This document shows positions 52,642 to 61,840 of a DNA stretch of 64,000 nt, piece after piece. This DNA comes from Spirochaetia bacterium (lineage in GTDB: Bacteria; Spirochaetota; Spirochaetia; SZUA-6; Bin103). A model generated the notes under the pieces. That model had not been told where the DNA came from and did not search any database. It was given only the letters and a program-made list of their open reading frames with translations. A program made the translations under genes and the position numbers. The DNA is taken from contig CBDBDQ010000005.1 of assembly GCA_965203905.1 (NCBI GenBank), positions 3,200,001 through 3,264,000 of the forward strand, given 5' to 3'. Every line of letters begins with the position of its first letter. Position 1 is the stretch's first letter.

Positions 52642-53440
52642 AGGCATCGACGCACCACCCGGCGCGGCGACCGCACCCGGGCCAGAACCGGCCCACCTTT
52701 CGCCGCCGCCATCTCCCGAGTGGCTGATCGTCGGCCTCGACGTACCGGACCTGGAACGGGCGCGGCCGTTGGTGCGGGCGCTCGCCGGCCGCGTCGGGGC
52801 GCTCAAGATCGGGCCGGTGCTGTATACCCGCGTCGGGCCGGCAGCCATCGAACTGGTGCACGAGCACGGCGGCCGGGTGTTCCTTGATCTGAAGTGGCAC
52901 GACATTCCCAACACCGTGGCCGCTGCCTGCAGCGAAGCGGCGGCGCAGGGCGTGTGGATGGTGAACGTGCACGCGGCCGGCGGCGAACGCATGCTGGCCG
53001 CCGCACGCGAGGCCCTGGATCAGGCCCGGCAGCCCGGCACCGCGCGCCCCCTGCTCATCGCCGTTACGGTGCTCACCAGCCTCGACGAAACCGATCTCCC
53101 CGCCACCGGCGTCACCGACTCGGTCGCGGGGCAAGTGGATCGTCTGGCCGCCCTGGCGGAGCGCGGCGGAGCCGACGGCCTGGTCACCTCCGGCCACGAG
53201 GTAGCCGCGCTCCACGCCCGCTGGCCGCAGTTCAACCTGGTAGTGCCAGGCATACGCCCCCGCTGGCTGACTGCCGGCAGATCGGCTCCCCCGGCCGACG
53301 ACCAACGTCGCATCGCCACCCCTGCCGCCACGCTGGCGGCCGGCGCCAGCCACGTCGTCATCGCCCGACCCATCATCACCCATTCCGACCCCGCGCACGC
53401 CGTCCGCCTCACCGAGCGGGAAGTCGCCACCGCAGTCTGA
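52634..53440 (+). CDS. pyrF: Orotidine-5'-phosphate decarboxylase
   Basis: LIVGLD, FLDLKWHDIPNTV (DxKxxD), VHAAGG, AVTVLTS, PGIR, DDQRRIATP. Confidence 0.96.
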   Translation: MNRGIDAPPGAATAPGPEPAHLSPPPSPEWLIVGLDVPDLERARPLVRALAGRVGALKIGPVLYTRVGPAAIELVHEHGGRVFLDLKWHDIPNTVAAACSEAAAQGVWMVNVHAAGGERMLAAAREALDQARQPGTARPLLIAVTVLTSLDETDLPATGVTDSVAGQVDRLAALAERGGADGLVTSGHEVAALHARWPQFNLVVPGIRPRWLTAGRSAPPADDQRRIATPAATLAAGASHVVIARPIITHSDPAHAVRLTEREVATAV

Positions 53441-53583
53441 ACCTCTCGCAGCATGCGGAGAGCCGGTGCGATTTGCGCGCGGCGTGTCGCCACCGACGCT
53501 GACCTCGTTCGAGCGGAGGCCAGGGGGAAGTGCTATACTGAGCCGCCAACGTCTCGACACGTCGGCGTACCTGGGACAGACGG

Positions 53584-54729
53584 ATGATCGTTAGCCACAT
53601 CGCCCTCGAGAACTGGAGGAACTTCACACACGTCGACGTGGCGCTGCAGCAGCGCGTATTCATCGCCGGACCGAACGCGGCGGGAAAATCCAACCTGCTC
53701 GATGCATTTCGCTTTCTGCGCGACATCACGAACCCCGGGGGCGGTCTGGAGAAAGCCGTGGCCGACCGCGGAGGCGTTTCGAAGATCCGCTGCCTTGCGG
53801 CGCGCCGGTATCCGGCGATCGTGCTTGACGTGCAACTAGGCGAGCCAGCTAGCGCGCCGGAATGGCGGTACCGTTTGAGTGTCGTTCAAGACAATCAACG
53901 GCAGCCAAGGATCAAGGAGGAGCTTGTCGAGCGGGAGGGTGACGAGGTGCTCCGGCGGCCAGATCCCGACGACGAGAACGATGCAGAGCGCCTGCGGCAG
54001 ACGCATCTGGAAGGCATCAGTACGAACAAGGCTTTCCGCGACATCTACCGGTTTTTCAATTCTATACGGTATCTGCACGTATTGCCGCCACTGGTGCGCC
54101 AGCCGGAGCGTTTCACCGGCCGAGACTTGACCGGAGAGACGTTCGGAAGTGATTTCCTGGAACAGATCGCACGCAGCCCCCCGAAGATTCGGCAATCGCG
54201 GTTACGGCGAATTGAGCAGGCGCTCCGCATCGCCGTGCCACAATTGCGGGAACTGAAGCTGGAAAAGGACGAGATCGGAATCCCACACCTGGAAGGACGC
54301 TATGTGCATTGGCGGCCAAATGCGGGCTGGCAGCGAGAGGATCAGTTCTCGGACGGCACACTGCGGCTCATGGCGCTCTTGTGGTCGGTGATGGAAGGAT
54401 CCGGTCCTCTGATGATCGAGGAGCCGGAACTGAACCTGCATCCAGCAGTGATCAAGTTCATCCCGCAGATGCTTCACCAGGCCACGCGAAGGTCGAAGCG
54501 CCAAGTGATCGTTTCCACGCACTCGCCTGATTTCCTCGTTGATGAAGGGATCGCGTCCGACGAGACGCTGCTGCTGCGCCCTGACAGCAACGGCACACGA
54601 GTGGAAGTGGCCGCCGCAGATCCGGAGATCAGACTTTTGCTGGAAGCAGGCGTATCGATGGGCGAAGCCGTGCTCCCGCGCACGGCACCCAAGGGCGAAG
54701 AACAACTTGCGCTGATGTTTGGGGACTGA
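53584..54729 (+). CDS. ABC/SMC-type ATPase (AAA_21-like)
   Basis: LENWRNF, GPNAAGKSN Walker A, FSDGTLR signature, MIEEPELNLHP Walker B/D-loop, VSTHSP. Confidence 0.92.
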   Translation: MIVSHIALENWRNFTHVDVALQQRVFIAGPNAAGKSNLLDAFRFLRDITNPGGGLEKAVADRGGVSKIRCLAARRYPAIVLDVQLGEPASAPEWRYRLSVVQDNQRQPRIKEELVEREGDEVLRRPDPDDENDAERLRQTHLEGISTNKAFRDIYRFFNSIRYLHVLPPLVRQPERFTGRDLTGETFGSDFLEQIARSPPKIRQSRLRRIEQALRIAVPQLRELKLEKDEIGIPHLEGRYVHWRPNAGWQREDQFSDGTLRLMALLWSVMEGSGPLMIEEPELNLHPAVIKFIPQMLHQATRRSKRQVIVSTHSPDFLVDEGIASDETLLLRPDSNGTRVEVAAADPEIRLLLEAGVSMGEAVLPRTAPKGEEQLALMFGD

Positions 54730-54732
54730 GTC

Positions 54733-55326
54733 GTGCGGGTGGTCTCCGTGGCGACTGAGGGTGCTGTCGATACGGCTCTCGCCCGCCGAATCTGCAAAGA
54801 GGTCGGGCTTGAGGTTGTAACGGTATATGGAGAGCGCGGTAAGCACCGGTTGGACCAGTCGTTGGGCGGCTACAACGCGGCCGCTAGACACGGGTCGTGG
54901 TTCGTGCTGCGGGATCTGGACACGGACGCGGACTGCGCTCCGCAACTTCGCGAACGACTACTGGCAACGCCTTCGCGGGGGATGACATTCCGTGTCGCCG
55001 TGCACGAAATTGAATCTTGGTTGATCGCCGATCACCGCTCGTTTGCTCGCTACTTTTCGGTCTCCGCGGCGCTCGTCACCAGTGATCCGGAGTCAATTCG
55101 TCATCCAAAAGACCACTTGGTGAGCGTCGTACGCCGCTCGAGGTCCAGGAGAATGCGCGAAGATGTCGTTCCACGCGATCGCACCAAAGCTCGCATCGGA
55201 CCCGGTTACGCGAGCAGGTTGATCGAGTACATTCGGAGCGCGCGGTCGCCAACGGCAGCAAGCACTCGGAGCGATAGCTTGCGGCGGTGTCTCGACAGGC
55301 TGTCGTGGATCTCCCCGCTTCGATGA
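54733..55326 (+). CDS. DUF4276-like TOPRIM-fold putative nuclease
   Basis: VATEGAVD (conserved E), LRDLDTD (DxD), EIESWLIAD, DPE...PK, SDSL. Starts 3 nt after the ATPase. Confidence 0.75.
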   Translation: MRVVSVATEGAVDTALARRICKEVGLEVVTVYGERGKHRLDQSLGGYNAAARHGSWFVLRDLDTDADCAPQLRERLLATPSRGMTFRVAVHEIESWLIADHRSFARYFSVSAALVTSDPESIRHPKDHLVSVVRRSRSRRMREDVVPRDRTKARIGPGYASRLIEYIRSARSPTAASTRSDSLRRCLDRLSWISPLR

Positions 55327-55333
55327 TGTTGGC

Positions 55334-55774
55334 TCAGTCCTCAACCAGCCGCTTGCCCATGCTCAGGGAGTCGTCCACGACAAAACCGAGCGAGCGGTAG
55401 AACGCGACGACGTCGGCGTTGGAGCTCCTGATCTGCAGGTTGATCTTGGGGCAGCCGATCCCCCGCAGGCGTGCCTCGGCTTCGTCCATCAGGTGGCGTC
55501 CGAAGCCTCGTTCCCGGCACTCCCTGGCGACTGCAAGATAGTTGATCCAGCCGCGGTGGCCCTCGTATCCGGCCATCACCGTTGCCACCAGCCGGCCATC
55601 AAGGGTCCCAACCAGGAACAGGTCGCGTTGCACGCACAACTTGCGGTGGATGTCCTTCACCGGGTCGTTCCACGGCCTGACCAGCTCGCACTCGCGCCAC
55701 AGCGCTACCACCGCGTCCTGGTCGGACTCCCGGTACGCCCGAATCTGCAGTGTCGTACTAACAGGGTTCGTCAT
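55334..55774 (-). CDS. GNAT acetyltransferase (YpeA-like)
   Basis: RPWNDP, MAGYEGHRGWINYLAV, RGFG, CPKINLQIR, FYRSLGF. Confidence 0.9.
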   Translation of the reverse strand: MTNPVSTTLQIRAYRESDQDAVVALWRECELVRPWNDPVKDIHRKLCVQRDLFLVGTLDGRLVATVMAGYEGHRGWINYLAVARECRERGFGRHLMDEAEARLRGIGCPKINLQIRSSNADVVAFYRSLGFVVDDSLSMGKRLVED

Positions 55775-55836
55775 ATCAGATGAGGTCGCCGATGCGACGC
55801 GTTACCGAGTTGAAGAGAGTCGCCTCGAACCCGGGA

Positions 55837-56151
55837 TCATGTGTTCTGGCGATCGTCGGCCGACAGCGTAGTGTACTGGCCAATGCCGTGCTCGGAGAGC
55901 CAGTTCCGAAGGTCGAGGACGTGCATGCCAAACGATTCGGCCAGCTTGCCGATGCTGATGAAACCTCCCTGGAACGCCGCCAGCGCTTGACGCTGCCGGA
56001 TGGGCAGATCGTCCACCGGCACCTGGTAACAAGCGAAGATGGCGTCGCGCACGAGTTGCCCCTTGCTGGTCTTGCGCGCTGCCGCGAGGCGGGCAAGCTG
56101 TTCGTTGGTTGCAGGATCTATCTTCACGTGCAGGGTCGCGTCATGCGCCAT
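55837..56151 (-). CDS. RHH plus UPF0175-like putative antitoxin (orphan)
   Basis: LHVKID...LARLAAARKTSKGQLVRDAI (RHH-like) and FQGGFISIGKLAESFGM..DLRNWL.EHGI (UPF0175-like). GAGG RBS. Confidence 0.65.
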   Translation of the reverse strand: MAHDATLHVKIDPATNEQLARLAAARKTSKGQLVRDAIFACYQVPVDDLPIRQRQALAAFQGGFISIGKLAESFGMHVLDLRNWLSEHGIGQYTTLSADDRQNT

Positions 56152-56260
56152 CTGAGTCCTCGTGCTGCCAGCATCCTGTATCAGGCTACCGAAGGTATAC
56201 CCCATGAAGGCGCATCTTATTCGACGCGTGGAGACGGCCGCGGCGATAATCCCGGGTAGG

Positions 56261-56704
56261 CTACGGGCCGGACTCGTCCCCCTCCGCCACGCCCCGCACC
56301 ACAAACCCGACCGCGCGGGCGGCCGTCCCCAACTGCCCGTCGTGGGTGAGAAACTCGTCGATCCGGCGGTTGCGTCGCTCGTGGACGGCGAGCGCGCTTG
56401 CCAGGTGGATCGCATCCAACGTGCCGACGACCGTCGGGTAGGACTGGCTTGCCCGGGTGAGAAGTGAGGCGGAAACGCGGACCCGGTAGACGGATTCCCA
56501 GAATTTCACGAACCGCTCATGCAGAAACACACGTTCGTGATCATCGAGGTCGCCGCCAAGGCGGAGCCGGTCGACAGTCCGGTGAAACTCGACCCGGCAG
56601 ATCTCGGTGGTGTAGGCGGCCTGCCAGCGTCCCCACTCTTCGATCGACGGATCCTGGTTCAGCAGCCAGCTCAGCACCACCGACGTGTCGAGGTAGACCG
56701 TCAT
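56261..56704 (-). CDS. vapC: PIN-domain toxin
   Basis: YLDTSVV, RVEF, TLDAIHLASAL, FLTHD..L..AA...GF. Confidence 0.9.
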   Translation of the reverse strand: MTVYLDTSVVLSWLLNQDPSIEEWGRWQAAYTTEICRVEFHRTVDRLRLGGDLDDHERVFLHERFVKFWESVYRVRVSASLLTRASQSYPTVVGTLDAIHLASALAVHERRNRRIDEFLTHDGQLGTAARAVGFVVRGVAEGDESGP

Positions 56705-56952
56705 CGGCGCCTGCGGTCGGCCAGCAGCGCGGCTACCCCCGGAATCGGTCGGCCGGACGGCAAACGGTCGAGCCGGGCAAGCGCCTCGGGCGGTTCGGTC
56801 GGCTCTTCGATCACCAACTCTTCGTCCACGGCCGGTACCAACCTGGCAATACTCTGACGGTACGAGGTGATGTCGATCGTCGCTCCCGCTCGCACGATCC
56901 CGAGGTACGTTCCGAGCCGAGCCTTCAACTCTGCGGTACTGACCTAAATCAT
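56701..56952 (-). pseudogene. Phd/YefM-family antitoxin with a TAG at codon 3 (possible restart at TTG 56928)
   Basis: ATG ATT TAG GTC AGT ACC GCA GAG TTG AAG = MI*VSTAELKARLGTYLGIVRAG.TIDIT....IARLVP. ATGA overlap with vapC. Confidence 0.75.
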
Positions 56953-56969
56953 GACCACAATCTTGGTCA
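56952..56969. promoter_or_regulatory. Candidate TA autoregulatory operator
   Basis: TGACCA-N6-TGGTCA inverted repeat at the antitoxin start. Confidence 0.5.
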
Positions 56970-57265
56970 AGTTATGGACAATAATCAAGGAGACAAGCAT
57001 CGGGTTGTCGGTCTGTGTGTGGAGTCCATACCCCTGATGCTGCCGGCTATGGCGCCCTCGACAGAGTAGCGCTGGATGCAGGCGTAGACCGCAGGATGGG
57101 CGTGACCGTGACCACGATCATCGCCGTCTTCAGGCCGCGTCGGGGGCAGCTTGACCGTTCCAGCGCCACACGGCGACGAACAGTCTGGCATGCTCCTTGC
57201 CGCCGTGGTCGTTTTCCCGTAGCGTAACGACTCGTCCCGTTCACGGTGATGCTCGTAGCGACAAC

Positions 57266-57580
57266 ATGCGGCACAAGAGACGAAAGCGACGTGCTATCGG
57301 TTCCCGGCCATCCGCTGAGATTACCGCGCGCGTTGCCCGCGAAGCGAGATATGTCGGCAGTGCCGAACACAAGGCATACCCAAGCACTGCCGGCCCACCG
57401 GCGTTGCGTTCGGACGCGACTCCTTGCGACCCTGAACTGTCGTTCGACGACGACCTCTACGAAGCGCGCCACATTTAACGGGCCGGCGGGAACGTATAAA
57501 GGTATAAGGGCTACAAGCTCCAGGAGTCCGAGTATCCGCGTGACCCGATGGGTTGCTTGAACTGGAAAGGCGCTGAATGA
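57266..57580 (+). pseudogene. Degraded small toxin-like gene upstream of the ImmA/IrrE-like gene
   Basis: MRHKRRKRR...YVGSAEHK...DATPCD...LYEARH* continues over frameshifts as NGPAGTYKG / YKGYKL...WKGAE*, ending in an ATGA overlap. Contains an 8-bp near-tandem duplication TATAAAGG-TATAAGGG. Confidence 0.5.
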
Positions 57581-58908
57581 TCGAGTTTCGCGTCGAGTGG
57601 CAGGACGCGCCCGGCGTACGCGACCCGGTACTCGCGCGCACGTGGTGCCGTCTGACCGTGGACGTGGACGGGCAGTTGGTTTCCCGAGCCATCGACCACC
57701 GCTCCGAAAGCCTGCGGGACGGGATATACGGTTCCGTCCTGCCGCTGTGCTCGTGGATGGTCGAGAACTGGTGGTGCCTCCAGCACGAGGCCTATCGGTT
57801 CCATCGCCCGTGGCGATCACACGATCTTGCCGTCTATGTCAACCACCGGGAGTGGGTGCAGCGCCACAGTCTACGGGCGGTCGGCGAGGGTGGCGTACTG
57901 CCGGACCTGATGCTGTTCCGCGATGGAGATGCCCTGGTCGTTCGCTGGTTTGCGGATCAGGCAGACGCCGCTCATCCGTATCTTCGCTTCATAGGCCACG
58001 GACAAGCGAGCATGCCGGTCGACGAGGCGACGCACGGGCTGACAGATTTTGTGGTTCGTGTTCTGGACCGCATCGAGGAGATGAACGCGCCCGAAGTCGA
58101 AGCCCTGCGACGAGACTGGTCCGCGATTACGACGGCGCCACCGGAGGAGCGCGACCTCTGCGTCTGGTCCGCGCGAGTGGGCCTGGACCCGTACGACCCG
58201 TACGAATTGACGGACCAACGCAAGAGTCTGTTGAAGGCATCGATATCGTCCCTGGAGGCCGAGCTTCGCGGTGACCTCCTGGACGCGACGACGGCAGATG
58301 CGCTCGCCACGGACGCGCGGTGGATCGATGCCGCCCACGACGTAGCACTGGGATCTGGTCTTTCTGCAGCAGACGAGCCGGTCCTGGCCCGCAGAGGGCA
58401 CCGCTCCACCGCTCACGAAACCGGCTACGAGTGCGCTCGAACGCTCCGTAGGCACCTTGGAGCGCACGAAGCTCCAGTGGCAGACATGCGTGCAGTCATG
58501 CGCGCTCTCGGCTGGGCGCAGGAGCCGTTGCTTACCACGGATTCCAAGCCGACGAGTCCGCTCGATGCACTGCTCGATCACAGCGCAAGGGGCGTGCCGG
58601 TAGTCGTCGCGTACCAGGACGGCGGCGTCGAATCGGAGCGCTTCCGGCTAGCCAGGTCACTCTTCCTTCGCCACTTCACTGCGGCGTCAGGGCGCCGACT
58701 CGTAACGGCCTCCCACACCTGGGACCAGCGAGCATCTCGTGCCTTCGCCGCCGAGTTTCTCGCTCCGGCGGGTGCCTTGGCCAAGCACATCCGGGGCCCC
58801 GTTTCGTTCAGCGACGTCGACGAATTGGGGGACGAATATCGGGTCAGCCCGCTGGTTATCGAGCACCAGATCGATAACCAGCGATTGGGGGTTCTGACGG
58901 ATTCATAA
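57577..58908 (+). CDS. ImmA/IrrE-like protein with a large N-terminal domain and degenerate zinc motif
   Basis: C-terminal ERFRLARSL...DQRASRAFAAEFLAP...LGDEYRVSPLVIEHQI follows the IrrE pattern (RFTLAHEL..E..ANAFAAELL.P..LA..F.VS) but lacks HExxH. Confidence 0.7.
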   Translation: MIEFRVEWQDAPGVRDPVLARTWCRLTVDVDGQLVSRAIDHRSESLRDGIYGSVLPLCSWMVENWWCLQHEAYRFHRPWRSHDLAVYVNHREWVQRHSLRAVGEGGVLPDLMLFRDGDALVVRWFADQADAAHPYLRFIGHGQASMPVDEATHGLTDFVVRVLDRIEEMNAPEVEALRRDWSAITTAPPEERDLCVWSARVGLDPYDPYELTDQRKSLLKASISSLEAELRGDLLDATTADALATDARWIDAAHDVALGSGLSAADEPVLARRGHRSTAHETGYECARTLRRHLGAHEAPVADMRAVMRALGWAQEPLLTTDSKPTSPLDALLDHSARGVPVVVAYQDGGVESERFRLARSLFLRHFTAASGRRLVTASHTWDQRASRAFAAEFLAPAGALAKHIRGPVSFSDVDELGDEYRVSPLVIEHQIDNQRLGVLTDS

Positions 58909-58966
58909 GGGCGGAGTCACGGAGGGCGGACGCGGCGATCGGTCCCCTGGTATGCTGCCGACCAGG

Positions 58967-59722
58967 ATGGAATCAGGCGAGACTGATGCCCGCGCCGGTG
59001 CGGAGCCGCTGGTGGTGGAGACGTTCGCGATCGGGAGCCTGGGGTGCAACTGCTCGCTGGTGTACGAGCGCGACAGCCGGCAGGCGATCGTGATCGATCC
59101 GGGGGACGAGCCCGAGGCGCTGCTGCAGGCGGTGGGGGAGCGTGGCCTCAAGGTGACGCAGCTCCTGCACACCCATGCCCACTTCGATCACATCGGCGGC
59201 TCCGACGCGGTCAAGCGCCGGCTCGGGACGCCGATCCTGCTGCACCGGGACGACGAGGAGCTGTACCGGCGGCTGCAGGAGCAGGGCTTGCTGTTCGGAA
59301 TTCCCGTGCCGCCGCCGGGCGAGGTGGACCAGTTCATCGAGGAGGGGTTCGAGGTGGCGCTCGGCGCACGCAAGCTGCTCACCACCATCCACACCCCCGG
59401 CCATTCGCCCGGGTCATGCTGCTTCTACATCGAGGAAGCATGTTCATTCCGTGATACGGCAGGCGGTGAAGGTCGACGCACGGGCCTGTCGGGGGCGCCA
59501 CCACACCCGGACAAGATTACCGGAGAGCCGCTCCTGTTCGCGGGGGACACCCTGTTCCGCCAGTCGGTGGGACGCACCGACCTTCCCGGCGGCGATCCCT
59601 ACGCCCTGATCAAGTCGATCAAGCAGCGCCTGTTCGAGCTGCCGCCCGAATCCTACGTCGTGCCCGGACACGGCGAGAGCACCACCCTGCACGCCGAGCA
59701 ACGGGAGAATCCGTTCCTGTAA
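58967..59722 (+). CDS. MBL-fold metallohydrolase (glyoxalase II/YcbL-like)
   Basis: IDPG, THAHFDHIGG, HTPGHSPG, GDTLF..SVGRTDLPGG, PGHG, ENPFL. Confidence 0.93.
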   Translation: MESGETDARAGAEPLVVETFAIGSLGCNCSLVYERDSRQAIVIDPGDEPEALLQAVGERGLKVTQLLHTHAHFDHIGGSDAVKRRLGTPILLHRDDEELYRRLQEQGLLFGIPVPPPGEVDQFIEEGFEVALGARKLLTTIHTPGHSPGSCCFYIEEACSFRDTAGGEGRRTGLSGAPPHPDKITGEPLLFAGDTLFRQSVGRTDLPGGDPYALIKSIKQRLFELPPESYVVPGHGESTTLHAEQRENPFL

Positions 59723-60655
59723 TCAGCCGCGGGGGCGCAGGTCGCGGTCCAGTTGCTCCTTGGCGTGCAGCCGGTCTAGGGCGTACTGGACCTGCTCCAA
59801 CTCGTCCGGGGCCAGTTCGGCATCGGCCGCCGCGAACCGGCTGAGCTCGTGATCGATGTGGGGTGCCGGTGGCGGCACCAGTTCCGCCGTGGCGATGCGC
59901 CCCAGGGTGAACTGAGCCTGCTCGGCGATCAGCCGCTCCACGATCCGGTCGCAGGTGGCGAGCCACTTGCGGAGCTGTGTGATCGGCTCATCTCCAGTGT
60001 CTTCGGAGCCGAGGCGGTCCGCACGCCATTTGCGCAGCAGATCGCGGCCGCGTTCGCGGTGGGCGAGAATGGCGTCGAGACGCGCGTGGTGATCGGAGTA
60101 GGAGGCACCCGCGGACAGCGGCGCCATGACCGCTTCCAGGCCGTTGCGCCAGCGGATCAACTCCAGCTTGGCCAGTTCGCCGGTATAGCGCCGTGCGGCG
60201 CGCGCGACGGCGGCGTCCGCCTTCTGCAACATCGGTGACAGGATCGGGGACGAGGAGGACTCGCCTTCCGCCTGCAGGCGGCGCCGCAGATCCTGCACCT
60301 GGCGCCGCGTCCGCTCGATCTCGGCCAGCCGCCCGGTGAGCTGCAGCTCGCTGCTCTGCAGCGAGGGCACCCGGCGCCGGTCCAGCAGGATGGCCGCCAC
60401 CTCGGCGAACAGGCCCAGGCCCCAGGCCAGCCCGGTCACGCAGCCGGCGAGGCAGCCGTACAGCAGGAACGCGTTGTCCATGCTGCGGGAGAATACGCTG
60501 CCGCCGAGCACTCCCCCGAGCACCGTGGTGAACAGCAGCCACGCCGAGCGATGGGCGCGGCCGGACTGGTAGGGCCGGTAGGTTCCGCAATTGGTACAAA
60601 ACCGTTCCGCGGGGGCTACCCAGAAGCTGCAGCTACGACACTGGCGGTACCGCAT
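59723..60655 (-). CDS. Zinc-ribbon membrane protein with a coiled-coil C-terminus
   Basis: CRSC...FCTNCG zinc ribbon, two TM segments, long helical tail. AAGGTGGAG RBS. Confidence 0.65.
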   Translation of the reverse strand: MRYRQCRSCSFWVAPAERFCTNCGTYRPYQSGRAHRSAWLLFTTVLGGVLGGSVFSRSMDNAFLLYGCLAGCVTGLAWGLGLFAEVAAILLDRRRVPSLQSSELQLTGRLAEIERTRRQVQDLRRRLQAEGESSSSPILSPMLQKADAAVARAARRYTGELAKLELIRWRNGLEAVMAPLSAGASYSDHHARLDAILAHRERGRDLLRKWRADRLGSEDTGDEPITQLRKWLATCDRIVERLIAEQAQFTLGRIATAELVPPPAPHIDHELSRFAAADAELAPDELEQVQYALDRLHAKEQLDRDLRPRG

Positions 60656-60801
60656 CCATCTCCACCTTAGGTCCCTCTCAATATGTAGGGGCGGCCAGTA
60701 TAGGAATTCTTCTCGCGCGCGCCAACCGCGTGCAGGCGGCGGAGGCGACGGCGGGCGAGGCGGACGCCGCAGTGCCGTCCAGGCCCGGCACGACGGCGCA
60801 C

Positions 60802-61647
60802 TCAGACTGCGACGGTGTGCGGACTCTGCGCCAGGCCGAGCCGGTGCTGCGTGGCCCACTCCTGCAACGGCCAGTCGATCCCGTGTTCCGATTCACGGCC
60901 GTGGCTGTCCCCGGTGGCGCCGAGCAACTGGCGGCCGGCGTCGTCCAGCAGCGCCAGCAGGTGGCTGTCGGGCTGCACGCGGCCATTGTAGTAGCGCAGG
61001 TAGTAGTCGGGCTTGATCCAGCGGTAATGGTAGCCGTACATCACGAGCTTCGCGATGTCGCGGCCGAAGTTGTAGCCCGCGGCGTGAAACAGGCGGTTCT
61101 CGAACAGAAACGCATCCCCCGGTCTCAGGCGTGGTTCCTCGTAGGTCGGGGGGTCGATGCGACCCTTGGGGATCGGCAGCGGATGGTGCCAGGAGTTGCT
61201 GCTGGGAATCATCAAGGTCATGCCGCTGTCCGGGGTGCTGAAGTCGGTCAGGCAGTAGCCGATCTTGAGACCTACGCGCGGCACGTGGGCGGGTCCGATA
61301 TCGAGGTGCACGCCCACGTCGCGATGCCAGTTGCGCTCCGCATCAGGCTCCCGCTGGGGATGCTTGTAGATCAGCGCGGTGTTGGTGATGTGGATGTTGG
61401 TGCCCAGCAGCTGCACGATCAGCGGCACGGTGGTGGAGTGGGTCGCCAGCTCCGCGAGAGCCTGTTCCTGCACCAGGCCGTCGCGCCGGTGTGCGTAGTA
61501 GCGCTCGAACTCGAAGCCTTCCATCAACCGGTCCCCGGCCTCCAGGAGCCGCGCGATGGTGGTGCCGTCCAGAGCGTCGCGGACGATCAGGTATCCCTGC
61601 TCGGCAAAGGTGCGCCGCTGCTCATCGGTGAGGGGCGTGTACTCCAT
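60802..61647 (-). CDS. Phytanoyl-CoA dioxygenase (PhyH) family protein
   Basis: LTDEQRRTFAEQGYLIVRDAL, WHRD, IPSS, PGDAFLFENRLFHAAG. Confidence 0.9.
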   Translation of the reverse strand: MEYTPLTDEQRRTFAEQGYLIVRDALDGTTIARLLEAGDRLMEGFEFERYYAHRRDGLVQEQALAELATHSTTVPLIVQLLGTNIHITNTALIYKHPQREPDAERNWHRDVGVHLDIGPAHVPRVGLKIGYCLTDFSTPDSGMTLMIPSSNSWHHPLPIPKGRIDPPTYEEPRLRPGDAFLFENRLFHAAGYNFGRDIAKLVMYGYHYRWIKPDYYLRYYNGRVQPDSHLLALLDDAGRQLLGATGDSHGRESEHGIDWPLQEWATQHRLGLAQSPHTVAV

Positions 61648-61840
61648 GGCGACAAAGAGTACCACGCTTCGCCGGTCGTACCAGCCACGGGCGGCGGAGC
61701 AGGGCGATCCCATGCTCACGGATTGGTGATCGGGTACCGCATCGGGAGCGTGAACGGCATGAGCCCGGCGCCGTCCTTGATCACCCCGTACTGCCGCCCA
61801 GAATGTTGCCTCTGGCAGACGCTGCCGGTAGCGCCTGCCG

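Noticed and set aside
52634-53584. Absence of pyrE from the pyr operon
   Set aside because: pyrE is often encoded elsewhere, so nothing can be concluded from one window.
59430-59530. About 25-aa insertion in the MBL hydrolase, and a similar loop insertion in the sulfatase, as possible inteins or coding repeats
   Set aside because: They are in frame, far too short for inteins, lack intein motifs, and do not resemble each other.
61716-61830. Short GC-rich coding-like tail (RQYGVIKDGAGLMPFTLPMRYPITNP*) downstream of Rpn
   Set aside because: Probably the end of a deleted gene, but too short to assign a family.
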